DNA of 33,825 nt, taken from assembly GCA_036338245.1 (NCBI GenBank), contig JAYZCQ010000119.1:1-33825 (forward strand), given 5' to 3'. Position 1 is the first letter of the stretch. Every line of letters starts with the position of its first letter. Below, one piece after another: positions 18,485-26,880 of this stretch. This stretch comes from Planctomycetota bacterium. GTDB taxonomy: Bacteria > Planctomycetota > Phycisphaerae > Phycisphaerales > SM1A02. The position numbers and the translations under genes were made by a program. Under the pieces are notes generated by a model, which saw only the letters and a list, made by a program, of their open reading frames with translations, was not told the origin of the DNA and searched no databases.

Positions 18485-20185
18485 ATGACAGTAGCAACAA
18501 CCAACTTTGTACCTGCAGAAATTGATGCAACGACATGGGAGAATCTAAGACCGTATTACGAATCACTCCTTGAAAGAACATTCAAATGCCAGGGTTGTAT
18601 TGCACAGTTTTTACTTGATTGCTCGGAACTCGATGCAACTGCTGATGAAGCAGGCTCTAACTTGTACATCGCAATGACGTGCAACACTGAAGATGTAGAT
18701 GCGAAGAAAGGGTTTCTAAATTTCATTGAAACAGTTGAGCCAGAGCTTAAGAAAATCCGCTTTGAGATTAAGAAGAAAGTTGTTGAGTGTGAACACGCTG
18801 CTTCCCTCGACCAAGAGCGTTATGGCGTTTTGATTCGAAATTGGACAGCAGATGTTGAACTCTTTAGAGAGGAGAACGTTCCCCTACAAACTGATGACAC
18901 AAAACTTGGTCAACAGTACTCAGAGATTTGCGGTGCAATGATGGTAGAGTTTGATGGCGAAGAACGAACAATGCCTCAGATGGGACGCTATCAACAAGAT
19001 GGGGACCGCGAAGTTCGTGAATCATCTTGGAGAGCAGTCGCAGGTAGACGATTAGAAAATCGCGATGACATTGATGGCCTATTCGACGACATGGTCTCAA
19101 TACGAAATCAGGTTGCAAAAAACGCGGGCTATGACAACTACCGCGATTACATGTTTACGGTGAAGCACCGATTTGATTACACACCTGAAGATTGCATGGC
19201 ATTCCATAATGCTATTGAACAATCATGCATGCCGATTGTGCGAAGACTTGCAAATGAACGAAAAGAAGCACTCGGGCTCGATACAATTAGACCTTGGGAC
19301 TTGGCAGTAGATCCACATGGACACGATCCACTGCGCCCATTTGAAACAGCAGATGAACTCATTGAGCGAAGTTCCAAATTGTTTCACCGAATGGATGGCG
19401 AACTCGGGACGATGTTTGATTCAATGCGAGATGGTGGTTATTCCCTTGACCTTGCATCGCGGAAAGGAAAAGCACCAGGCGGATACCAAGCAAGTCGTGA
19501 CAGAGAACGCAAGCCCTTTATCTTTATGAACGCTGCTGGATTGCCTCGTGATGTTGACACGATGGTGCATGAGGCAGGACACGCGTTCCACGCTATGCTC
19601 AGCAAGAACGATGATTTAGTGTGGTACCGCAATCCTCCTCTTGAGTTTGCTGAAGTTGCTTCAATGAGCATGGAATCACTTGCGTATCAATTCCTTGATG
19701 AGTTTTATTCTGAAGAAGATTGCAAACGCGCCATTCGTAAACACCTTGAAAGCATTGTTGCGACGCTGCCGTGGGTTGCAACGATTGATGCATTCCAACA
19801 TTGGATTTACACGCATCCTGAGCATACTAGAGAAGAACGAACACAGTGCTGGCTTGATATTACAGCACGCTTTGGTGGCGTTAGTGACTGGAGTGACCTC
19901 GCAGACGAACAGGCTGCAGTCTGGCACCGGCAACTCCATCCATTTGAAGTGCCGTTCTATTATGTTGAATATGGCATTGCTCAACTCGGCGCGCTTCAAC
20001 TTTGGTTGAACTATTGCAATGATGAGACGTCAGCAATTGATGCGTACAAGAAAGCACTGATGATTGGTGGCAGTAAACCATTGCCAACATTGTTTGAGTC
20101 AGCTGGCTTGAAGTTTGATTTCTCTGCAGAGATGGTAGGGAATCTCATGGATGCAGTCGATCAGGCGCTCACGCAATACGCGTAA
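18485..20185 (+). CDS. pepF: M3-family oligoendopeptidase (PepF-like)
   Basis: Zinc motif HEAGHAFH, with downstream FAEVASMSME and VEYGIAQLGA blocks. GGAGAA lies 5 nt upstream of the ATG, which is 1 nt after the ispE stop. Confidence 0.85.
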   Translation: MTVATTNFVPAEIDATTWENLRPYYESLLERTFKCQGCIAQFLLDCSELDATADEAGSNLYIAMTCNTEDVDAKKGFLNFIETVEPELKKIRFEIKKKVVECEHAASLDQERYGVLIRNWTADVELFREENVPLQTDDTKLGQQYSEICGAMMVEFDGEERTMPQMGRYQQDGDREVRESSWRAVAGRRLENRDDIDGLFDDMVSIRNQVAKNAGYDNYRDYMFTVKHRFDYTPEDCMAFHNAIEQSCMPIVRRLANERKEALGLDTIRPWDLAVDPHGHDPLRPFETADELIERSSKLFHRMDGELGTMFDSMRDGGYSLDLASRKGKAPGGYQASRDRERKPFIFMNAAGLPRDVDTMVHEAGHAFHAMLSKNDDLVWYRNPPLEFAEVASMSMESLAYQFLDEFYSEEDCKRAIRKHLESIVATLPWVATIDAFQHWIYTHPEHTREERTQCWLDITARFGGVSDWSDLADEQAAVWHRQLHPFEVPFYYVEYGIAQLGALQLWLNYCNDETSAIDAYKKALMIGGSKPLPTLFESAGLKFDFSAEMVGNLMDAVDQALTQYA

Positions 20186-20191
20186 CGATTC

Positions 20192-22336
20192 ATGAAGGGT
20201 GGCTTCCATTCGATTTGGTACGTCATTCAGCAAGCGAGGCGTGCTGGCGGCTTACTTGCAATGTGGAAGGCGATGCGCGCGAAAAATGCCTGCAAAACAT
20301 GTGCTTTTGGCATGGGCGGGCAAAAAGGAGGAATGGTCAATGAAGCGGGCAAGTTTCCGGAGTTTTGCAAGAAGTCTGTGCAGGCAATGGCTTCAGACAT
20401 GCAAGGTGCCATTACAGAGTTGCTCTTTGAAACGTATTCCATATCGCAGTTAGGTTCAATGTCGCCCCGCGAGCTTGAGTCGCTTGGGCGATTAGTATTT
20501 CCTGTGTATGCAGGTCCGTTAGACATGAGTTACAGGCGCATCTCATGGGATGAAGCACTCCAAAAAGTATCATCAAAAATGAAGGGGACGGATCCAGCAA
20601 ACTCATTTTATTACTTCAGTGGGCGGTCAAGTAATGAAGCTGGTTTCTTGTTACAAGTTGCTGCGAGAGTCCATGGCGCGCACAACATTAATAACTGCTC
20701 CTACTACTGCCATCAAGCAAGTGGCGTTGGTCTTACAAGCGTCACTGGTTCTGGAACAGCAACGGTTGTCCTTGATGATATTGAAGAAGCTGACTTAATG
20801 ATTTTGATTGGTTGTAACCCCTCATCAAATCACCCTCGCTTGCTTCGGAACTTAGTTGAATTAAGGAGGCGCGGCGGGAAAGTTATTGTCATTAATCCAC
20901 TGAAGGAACAAGGGCTTTGCAAATTTAAAGTACCAAGCGATGTGCGAAGTTTGTTGTTTGGTTCGACCATTTCAGATGAATACGTACAGCCAAACATTGG
21001 CGGCGACTGCGTACTGTTACTCGGCATTATTAAATGGTTAGATAATCATGATGGAATTGATGAATCCTTTGTGGAAAACCATGTCGAAGATTTTGAACTT
21101 GTCCGCAAGCAAGCCCAATCGCATACATGGGAATGGATTGAACAATCAAGTGGTGTTTCAATTGAAACAATTGCTCGTATTGCTCAACTTTATAAGGAAT
21201 CATCTAAGACAATCTTTTGCTGGGCGATGGGTATTACGCATGCCAAAGGCGGCGTTGATGGTGTGCGAATGATTGCGAACCTTGCACTTGCAAGAGGTAT
21301 GATTGGAAAGCGTGGAGCGGGGTTGCTTCCACTTAGAGGTCATTCAAATGTTCAGGGCATGGGCACAATCGGTGTTGTTCCTGTGCTCAAGCCAGCAATG
21401 AAATCCGCTATTGAAGAGGCGCTCCATGTGTCGCTTTCAGATCCTCCAGCCAATCATCGCGGCGACACGATGGCGTGTATAGAAGCGGCAGACAAGGGAG
21501 AAATTGAGTTCGCACTTTGCCTTGGCGGCAACTTGCTTGCATCAAATCCCGATACGCAGTTTGCACATAAAGCGATGTCGAAGATTCAAACAACAGCGTA
21601 CATTTCAACGACATTAAACAAGGGGCACTTTCTTGGAAGAGGCAAAGAGACCATCATTTTCCCAACACTCCCAAGAGATGAAGAACCACAAATAACAACA
21701 CAAGAATCCATGTTTAATTACGTCAGGCGTAGCAGTGGCGGCTCGGCAAGGCACAGGGACGTCCTTAGCGAAGTCGACATTATTGTGTCTCTTGCATGTG
21801 CTGCTGTTGATGGTGTTGATTGGGAACAATACCGAGATTATCAAGCGATTCGCAACTTGCTTGCGGAGTGTTTAGACGGCTTTAATCCCGACGAAGAGCA
21901 TCAAATCAAAGGGCGAACATTCCACAAGCCGTTGTTTAACACGCCAAACCAAAAAGCAAAAGCACACGCAGTTGAGTTGCCAACGCCAAAAAGTATTTCT
22001 GAAAACCAACTTAGATTGATGACAATACGTTCTGAAGGACAGTTTAACACTGTGGTCTATGAAGAAGAAGATGTCTTCCGAAATCAAACTCGCAGAGATA
22101 TCATCATGATGAACCAGGTCGACATCAATCGATTAGGTCTTTCTGAAAATGAAGTAGTGAAGGTCGAGGGGCCATCAGGGTCAATGCAAGTCATTACAAG
22201 ATCAATCGAGATTGCTACAGGTAACTGCGCGATGTATTACCCCGAAGCGAATGTGCTACTTTCAACAGAAATCGATAAAGAATCACGTACACCTGTTTTT
22301 AAGGGTGAAGTCGTGAACATCACTCGGTGTGTTTAA
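20192..22336 (+). CDS. FdhF/YdeP-family molybdopterin oxidoreductase
   Basis: N-terminal KACKTCAFGMGGQKGGM block. Molybdopterin-oxidoreductase blocks follow (YFSGRSSNEAGFL, LIGCNPSSNHPR, WAMGITH), then a C-terminal MopB-CT-like barrel. Confidence 0.85.
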   Translation: MKGGFHSIWYVIQQARRAGGLLAMWKAMRAKNACKTCAFGMGGQKGGMVNEAGKFPEFCKKSVQAMASDMQGAITELLFETYSISQLGSMSPRELESLGRLVFPVYAGPLDMSYRRISWDEALQKVSSKMKGTDPANSFYYFSGRSSNEAGFLLQVAARVHGAHNINNCSYYCHQASGVGLTSVTGSGTATVVLDDIEEADLMILIGCNPSSNHPRLLRNLVELRRRGGKVIVINPLKEQGLCKFKVPSDVRSLLFGSTISDEYVQPNIGGDCVLLLGIIKWLDNHDGIDESFVENHVEDFELVRKQAQSHTWEWIEQSSGVSIETIARIAQLYKESSKTIFCWAMGITHAKGGVDGVRMIANLALARGMIGKRGAGLLPLRGHSNVQGMGTIGVVPVLKPAMKSAIEEALHVSLSDPPANHRGDTMACIEAADKGEIEFALCLGGNLLASNPDTQFAHKAMSKIQTTAYISTTLNKGHFLGRGKETIIFPTLPRDEEPQITTQESMFNYVRRSSGGSARHRDVLSEVDIIVSLACAAVDGVDWEQYRDYQAIRNLLAECLDGFNPDEEHQIKGRTFHKPLFNTPNQKAKAHAVELPTPKSISENQLRLMTIRSEGQFNTVVYEEEDVFRNQTRRDIIMMNQVDINRLGLSENEVVKVEGPSGSMQVITRSIEIATGNCAMYYPEANVLLSTEIDKESRTPVFKGEVVNITRCV

Positions 22337-22837
22337 ACTTGAGAATGACGTGGCGAGCTCACTCGTTGCAGGAAAAAGTTGACAATCAATTCGCCTTAAA
22401 AAATCTTTGATTGAACGCATGCCTTCATCTAAACACGATGTGCATAACTTTGCACACGCCGAATCAATAACGCAGGGCATTCCATACATCCTATCTTCGT
22501 GAATAAAAGCCGCTGAACGAGTTGAATATATCAATCGTTGCATGCTCTGATTGTTTAAGTATGGCATGTCGCAGCCAATGACGATGTATCGCTGGCATAT
22601 TCCTGAATGGAGTAGCGCTTCAACACCTGCTAGTGGCCCTGCATCATGGCGACGGTCTAAGACATGTGGCAATGCGCCGTATCTTCCCCCAACAGTGACA
22701 ATGGACTCAGTGAGTGTTGAAGCAAAGTTGACCACGACATCCATTAATGTATGCATATTTCCAACTTGGATTAAATGCTTCGGCTCGCCCATTCGTACGC
22801 TTCGCCCGCCAAGCAAAATGGCAACGCACGGTGTCAT
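22283..22837 (-). CDS. mobA: molybdenum cofactor guanylyltransferase
   Basis: AILLGGRSVRMGEPKHL N-terminal nucleotide-binding block, GCDMPYL, and C-terminal NTPSDV. Its ATG overlaps the MOSC gene stop (ATGA). Confidence 0.8.
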   Translation of the reverse strand: MTPCVAILLGGRSVRMGEPKHLIQVGNMHTLMDVVVNFASTLTESIVTVGGRYGALPHVLDRRHDAGPLAGVEALLHSGICQRYIVIGCDMPYLNNQSMQRLIYSTRSAAFIHEDRMYGMPCVIDSACAKLCTSCLDEGMRSIKDFLRRIDCQLFPATSELATSFSSLNTPSDVHDFTLKNRCT

Positions 22838-23277
22838 GTCGATGTGACTGAGATTGTTTCACCCGCTTCAAGCGTGCCTGCGTGGATCACTCTTGCAAGG
22901 TAGCCACACCGCCCAACAATGTCTGTCTTGAGGGATTTGCCAAGTGGGTCAAGGACATAACAGGGCTTCCGTAACTCAGTAAGTTCAATGATTACGCCAC
23001 CTGAGAACGTGAGCGTATCACCTACATTCAACGCAGTCATGTCTAACGATTCAGTTGTGAGGTTTTCCCCAATAGCCCCAGGTTCAAGTGGATAACCGTC
23101 TTCTTTGAGTACGTTCAGCGTTTCGATATCCATGAGACTCACTGCCCTATTTACATTCCAGTGCTTTTCATGATTTCGTCCGTCACCTTCAAGCCCCTTT
23201 TCTTGGACTTCAGCTATTGGCACAGGTAACTTAGGAATGCCCCCACTAGAAATATTCACAGAAATTACTTTAGACAT
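22834..23277 (-). CDS. MOSC domain-containing protein (YiiM-like)
   Basis: 147 aa. GLEGDGRNHEKH ... RAVSLM ... PGAIGENLT ... ELRKPC pattern is typical of the MOSC beta-barrel, including the conserved Cys. Confidence 0.75.
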   Translation of the reverse strand: MSKVISVNISSGGIPKLPVPIAEVQEKGLEGDGRNHEKHWNVNRAVSLMDIETLNVLKEDGYPLEPGAIGENLTTESLDMTALNVGDTLTFSGGVIIELTELRKPCYVLDPLGKSLKTDIVGRCGYLARVIHAGTLEAGETISVTST

Positions 23278-23347
23278 GCCGAGACTATACTGATGTCAAC
23301 TTGCATCGTGTGCTCGCTTGCGTACAATTTTATGGACATCCCCTGTT

Positions 23348-23851
23348 ATGGTATTTAAACTCGCAACAATTTTAATCGCATCACTCTGTGCCTTAGAGCC
23401 CGTCGAGTTAATACCGGTTGACGCTGGCGTAGAAGACAGAGGCGCATTGAGCACTTCTCTCTTTGTGGAGCAAAAAGATTTGCGACAAAATCAATCGTTT
23501 GAACGGTTGTACAAAGTTGAAGGTAGTGAAGATGTGTATGTCCGTAAAGCGGGTGGGTTAAAAGCTATCTTTCGCAGCTCTCAATATGTAAACATTTACG
23601 GAAGAGAAGTGCCAATCGTTCCAGCAGGCACGGTGTATGTGATTGGCGCAATCCGCCCTGGACTTGTTGCTAGTATGGGCGGGCTGAGTCCGAGTGGCGA
23701 AGATTCTATCATCGAACCAGAACAGCGAACGCAGCAAGTCAAACGAACGCATGTTCCTGCAGGTGTTCGTTCACTTCGATTTGTTGAAGACGAGGGTTAC
23801 CGAAGGAAGCGCCTTGCTTCGTTCGTGTTATCGAGCGCGTTCAAACAATGA
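23348..23851 (+). CDS. hypothetical secreted protein
   Basis: ORF 23318-23851. ATG 23348 gives MVFKLATILIASLCALEPV, a signal-like N-terminus. No family recognised. Confidence 0.45.
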   Translation: MVFKLATILIASLCALEPVELIPVDAGVEDRGALSTSLFVEQKDLRQNQSFERLYKVEGSEDVYVRKAGGLKAIFRSSQYVNIYGREVPIVPAGTVYVIGAIRPGLVASMGGLSPSGEDSIIEPEQRTQQVKRTHVPAGVRSLRFVEDEGYRRKRLASFVLSSAFKQ

Positions 23852-23855
23852 GCAG

Positions 23856-24095
23856 TTAAGCTGCATTTGGCGGTTCGTCGTGCAGTGCAATCAATCCCAT
23901 CATTGAAGCATACTCGCGGATGCGTAGTTCAGCTTCTTCAATCGCCCCTTCGACATCGTCGTATCGTGTTGAGCGTTCTTCGCTTAACTTTCTTGCAGCT
24001 CGCGTTGGAAACGGGAGCGGCCTATCGCCTTCAAGTTTTACCATACTGTTGCGGAGAAAGGGATGATGCGTCGAGTTGTTGTTATAAGCAACCAT
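23856..24095 (-). CDS. hypothetical small protein (79 aa, or 62 aa from ATG 24044)
   Basis: Charged, helix-like composition (DDVEGAIEEAELRIREYASMMG). The overlapping plus-strand ORF (23867-24097) looks like an Arg/Leu-rich antisense shadow. No clear SD. Confidence 0.3.
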   Translation of the reverse strand: MVAYNNNSTHHPFLRNSMVKLEGDRPLPFPTRAARKLSEERSTRYDDVEGAIEEAELRIREYASMMGLIALHDEPPNAA

Positions 24096-24189
24096 AATGA
24101 AAGCATCGGGTGTTCAAGCCCCCTTCTTTCGCAGGGACACTCTGAATTGGTTAAGGTAAAAGCAGCATAAAACGCACAGTTCTCCTACC

Positions 24190-24217
24190 TTGACATGTAC
24201 CCCCTCATCGCTACGAT
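24190..24217 (+). promoter_or_regulatory. candidate sigma-70-type promoter TTGACA-16 nt-TACGAT
   Basis: TTGACA at 24190-24195 and TACGAT at 24212-24217. The -10 element ends 9 nt before ATG 24227. Confidence 0.3.
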
Positions 24218-24226
24218 GTGCAGGTC

Positions 24227-25402
24227 ATGTCGTTACAAACCCCACCGAATCCTATACCTCTCGTTCATGATGAGAAACTCGATGCCATTGCAGAAAAGGT
24301 TCGGGCTGGGCAGCGCTTAAGTGGCGAAGAAGGCGTTTATTTGTACGAAACGCCGGACCTTTGGACGCTTTGTATGCTCGCCCAAGAGGTGCGTACAAAA
24401 CTGCATGGCAACAAGACCTATTACAACATTAACAGGCACATTAACTACACAAATATTTGCGCATTAAGTTGTCAGTTTTGCGATTTTCACAGAAAGAAAG
24501 AACAAGACGGTGCGTACGAACATTCGCTCGATGACATTCGCAAAGAAACAGAAGTTGCGATTAACGCAGGAGCAACTGAGCTTCACATAGTTGGCGGGCT
24601 TCACCCTTGGTTACCCTTCTCGTATTACACAGAAATGCTTCAAGCAATTCGTGAGATGGCACCGAACATTCACATTAAGGCGTTTACTGCAGTTGAAGTT
24701 GTGCATCTTGCTCGCATCTCTAAACGAGGCCGAGAAGGTAGGGATGGTATCACTGCAGTCCTTGAAGAACTGAAGGAGAGTGGTCTTGGTTCTCTGCCTG
24801 GCGGCGGAGCTGAAGTCTTCGACGATCGCGTTCATGATGACGCTTTTAAAGGAAAAATCAGAGGGGAACAGTGGCTCAACGTTCATCGATGTGCACATGA
24901 GATTGGCTTAAATTCAAACGCAACAATGTTGTATGGTCATATTGAAACGCATGAAGAACGTATTGACCACATGATGCAGATTCGAGATGAACAAGATCGC
25001 GTTCTAAAAGACAACACTAAAGGGCAATTCCAAACGTTTATCCCCCTGCCGTTTATTCCAGGCAAAAGTGGACTTGCCCATCTGCCTGGGCCGGGCGGTG
25101 TTGAAAACTTGCGGACGATTGCAATCGCAAGGCTTATGCTCGACAACATCCCGCACATCAAAGCGTTTTGGATTATGCAAACGCTACACATGGCGCAACA
25201 TATGCTTGAGTGCGGCGCAAACGATATCGATGGCACGGTTGTTTGGTATGACATTACAAAAGTAGACACTGCTGACACGCATCAGGAATGCACTGTCGTA
25301 GATTTATGCAGAGCGATTCGCGACGCGGGGTTTGAGCCCGTAGAACGAGATACGATTTACCGGGAAGTAGTTCGTGATGGAAAAACGTGGAGCGTACAGT
25401 AA
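24227..25402 (+). CDS. mqnE: radical-SAM menaquinone (futalosine-pathway) enzyme, MqnE/MqnC family (aminofutalosine synthase-like)
   Basis: NRHINYTNICALSCQFCDF (CxxxCxxC), ELHIVGGLHP, LPGGGAEVFDDRV and NATMLYGHIETHEERIDHM blocks. MqnE and MqnC cannot be separated by eye. Confidence 0.75.
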   Translation: MSLQTPPNPIPLVHDEKLDAIAEKVRAGQRLSGEEGVYLYETPDLWTLCMLAQEVRTKLHGNKTYYNINRHINYTNICALSCQFCDFHRKKEQDGAYEHSLDDIRKETEVAINAGATELHIVGGLHPWLPFSYYTEMLQAIREMAPNIHIKAFTAVEVVHLARISKRGREGRDGITAVLEELKESGLGSLPGGGAEVFDDRVHDDAFKGKIRGEQWLNVHRCAHEIGLNSNATMLYGHIETHEERIDHMMQIRDEQDRVLKDNTKGQFQTFIPLPFIPGKSGLAHLPGPGGVENLRTIAIARLMLDNIPHIKAFWIMQTLHMAQHMLECGANDIDGTVVWYDITKVDTADTHQECTVVDLCRAIRDAGFEPVERDTIYREVVRDGKTWSVQ

Positions 25403-25421
25403 CCACACTAGTGTCCGATAA

Positions 25422-25586
25422 CTACGCTGCCTTTTTCAAGTTGATCTGCGATTCTTTTTCTTGAGCTTTGAGTACAAAAAGTTGTTGTGCCCAGTTAGAA
25501 AGAAATCGTTGATATTGCTGTTTAGCAATTTGTTCAGCACGTTTGGCTGTATCAGCAGTCGGCAAAGATAGGAATGGATGTGACAT
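25422..25586 (-). CDS. possible 54-aa small protein (below the ORF-track cutoff)
   Basis: Hand translation: MSHPFLSLPTADTAKRAEQIAKQQYQRFLSNWAQQLFVLKAQEKESQINLKKAA*. Helix-like composition. It occupies most of an unusually long 250-nt spacer. Only a weak GGGG lies 4 nt upstream. Confidence 0.2.
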   Translation of the reverse strand: MSHPFLSLPTADTAKRAEQIAKQQYQRFLSNWAQQLFVLKAQEKESQINLKKAA

Positions 25587-25652
25587 GACGCCCCAACTAT
25601 CGGAGCGTCATGCGTGTGAATGAAGTGAATGTCCCCTATTTGATAGAAATGC

Positions 25653-26648
25653 TTAAGAAACTGGCTTGAATTGCAGTTTGTCAAGAATGCCTTCAAATTG
25701 ATCATTGTCGTAGAAAGTAATAGTAAGTTTACCGCTACCCTTCTTCTGGCCGGAAGCGATGTCAACTTTAGTACCAAGATGATTGCCAATTTGTTCACTG
25801 AGTGAATCCATGTACATATCAAGCGGCGTCTTTTCTTTTTCCATTACCTTTGGTTTAGAACCGCCCTTTTGAAGTTGGCGTTCAAGTTCTCTGACAGACC
25901 ATTGCTCACGCATACAACGAGCCGCAACCGAACGCGACTTCGTGACATCTGGAATGCTGAGCAAAACTTTGGCATGCCCCATTGTGAGGCGACCATCACG
26001 AACTGCATCTTTCACGGAAGACTCTAAGTCATTTAATCGCAAGAAGTTAGACACGCTAGAGCGGTTGATTCCAAGCTGTTCAGCGATCTCATTTTGTGTT
26101 GCTTCGAACTTTACAATAAGTCTGTCAAATGCTTCTGCCCTGTCAATTGGATTTAAATCTTCCCGTTGCAAGTTTTCAATCAGCGCCCATTCGGCAGCAG
26201 TTCTGTCGTCAACATTCTTAATCGTTGCAGGGATTGTTTTCAGCCCAGCCATCTGAGCCGCTCTTAGTCTACGCTCGCCTGCAATAAGTTCATACCCCTC
26301 TTCACCATCAAGCTTTCGTACAACGATTGCCTGCATTACCCCCGCCTTTTGGATTGAGTCCGCGAGTTGTGAAAGAGAGTCGTCATCGAACACCTGCCTA
26401 GGCTGCAGCCTATTAGGCTCGACAGAATCAATCTGCAAAAATGAAATTCCTTCGCTGGCAAATGACTGAGTATCACCTGAGTCGAGAACGGCAGCCTCAG
26501 TTGCTGATTGCGAAGGTTCAACCTGCGTAGCTTCTTTCCCCTTACTTAGACCCCCACCCTTTTCAACGGGCACTGCTACAGGATTTGACAGTAATCCCCC
26601 GAGCCCTTTGCCCAAACGTTTTTTTGCCTTCTTCGCTTGCTTAGCCAT
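25653..26648 (-). CDS. parB: chromosome-partitioning protein ParB
   Basis: MAKQAKKAKKRLGKGLGGLL N-terminus, NRLQPRQVFD box, arginine patch LIAGERRLRAAQMAG, and HTH QNEIAEQLGINRSSVSNFLRL. Start set at ATG 26648. The upstream part of the 359-aa ORF is translated parS DNA. Confidence 0.9.
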   Translation of the reverse strand: MAKQAKKAKKRLGKGLGGLLSNPVAVPVEKGGGLSKGKEATQVEPSQSATEAAVLDSGDTQSFASEGISFLQIDSVEPNRLQPRQVFDDDSLSQLADSIQKAGVMQAIVVRKLDGEEGYELIAGERRLRAAQMAGLKTIPATIKNVDDRTAAEWALIENLQREDLNPIDRAEAFDRLIVKFEATQNEIAEQLGINRSSVSNFLRLNDLESSVKDAVRDGRLTMGHAKVLLSIPDVTKSRSVAARCMREQWSVRELERQLQKGGSKPKVMEKEKTPLDMYMDSLSEQIGNHLGTKVDIASGQKKGSGKLTITFYDNDQFEGILDKLQFKPVS

Positions 26649-26667
26649 GGCTACTCCTTTAACCGCA

Positions 26668-26683
26668 TGTTCCACGTGGAACG
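26668..26683. promoter_or_regulatory. parS site (proximal)
   Basis: TGTTCCACGTGGAACG. GTTCCACGTGGAAC is a perfect 14-bp palindrome. It matches the conserved parS consensus TGTTNCACGTGAAACA at 14/16 positions and lies 20 nt upstream of the parB ATG. Confidence 0.8.
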
Positions 26684-26712
26684 TCATGTCCTCACGCAAT
26701 AGTGTTATCTCA

Positions 26713-26728
26713 TGTTCCACGTGGAACG
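26713..26728. promoter_or_regulatory. parS site (distal)
   Basis: Identical 16-mer. The whole 21-nt unit CATGTTCCACGTGGAACGTCA is repeated (26666-26686 and 26711-26731). Confidence 0.8.
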
Positions 26729-26789
26729 TCAAGGGCGGAAGCCGCTTATCAAGGAGTAAAAATGCGAGAGCAGGGCGAGTCCGATAATA

Positions 26790-26819
26790 ATTATAATCAG
26801 CCGAACTTGAGCATGTTAA
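26790..26819 (-). promoter_or_regulatory. candidate parB promoter TTAACA-18 nt-TATAAT
   Basis: On the minus strand, TTAACA is at 26819-26814 and TATAAT at 26795-26790. This would place both parS sites in the transcribed leader. Confidence 0.25.
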
Positions 26820-26880
26820 AGAGAGAACGCGTATAATCGCAGCGAGTTAGCGTAAATTAGCAACATATAGAGACAGTTAC

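Noticed and set aside
24107-24125. GGGTGTTCAAGCCCC, superficially like a tRNA T-arm
   Set aside because: There is no acceptor, D or anticodon arm around it, and the stem/loop geometry is wrong. No tRNA-like structure was found in any of the spacers (713-856, 24096-24217, 25403-25652, 26733-26880, 32999-33228).
25405-25414. Perfect 10-bp palindrome ACACTAGTGT right after the mqnE stop, considered as a terminator
   Set aside because: It has no loop, only 5 bp per arm, and no downstream U-tract. I found no convincing rho-independent terminators anywhere in the window.
26649-26732. N-terminal extension of the parB ORF in the track, with the duplicated peptide MTFHVEH...MTFHVEH
   Set aside because: The duplicated peptide is the two parS palindromes translated. 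The canonical ParB N-terminus MAKQAKKAKKRLGKGLGGLL begins at ATG 26648.
26762-26836. 24-codon plus-strand ORF (MREQGESDNNYNQPNLSMLKRERV) preceded by AAGGAG with 5-nt spacing, in the parB upstream region
   Set aside because: It is very short and of low complexity. It lies antisense to the likely parB promoter in an AT-rich, TATAAT-containing stretch. The SD-like hexamer is plausibly chance. Not supportable without conservation data.
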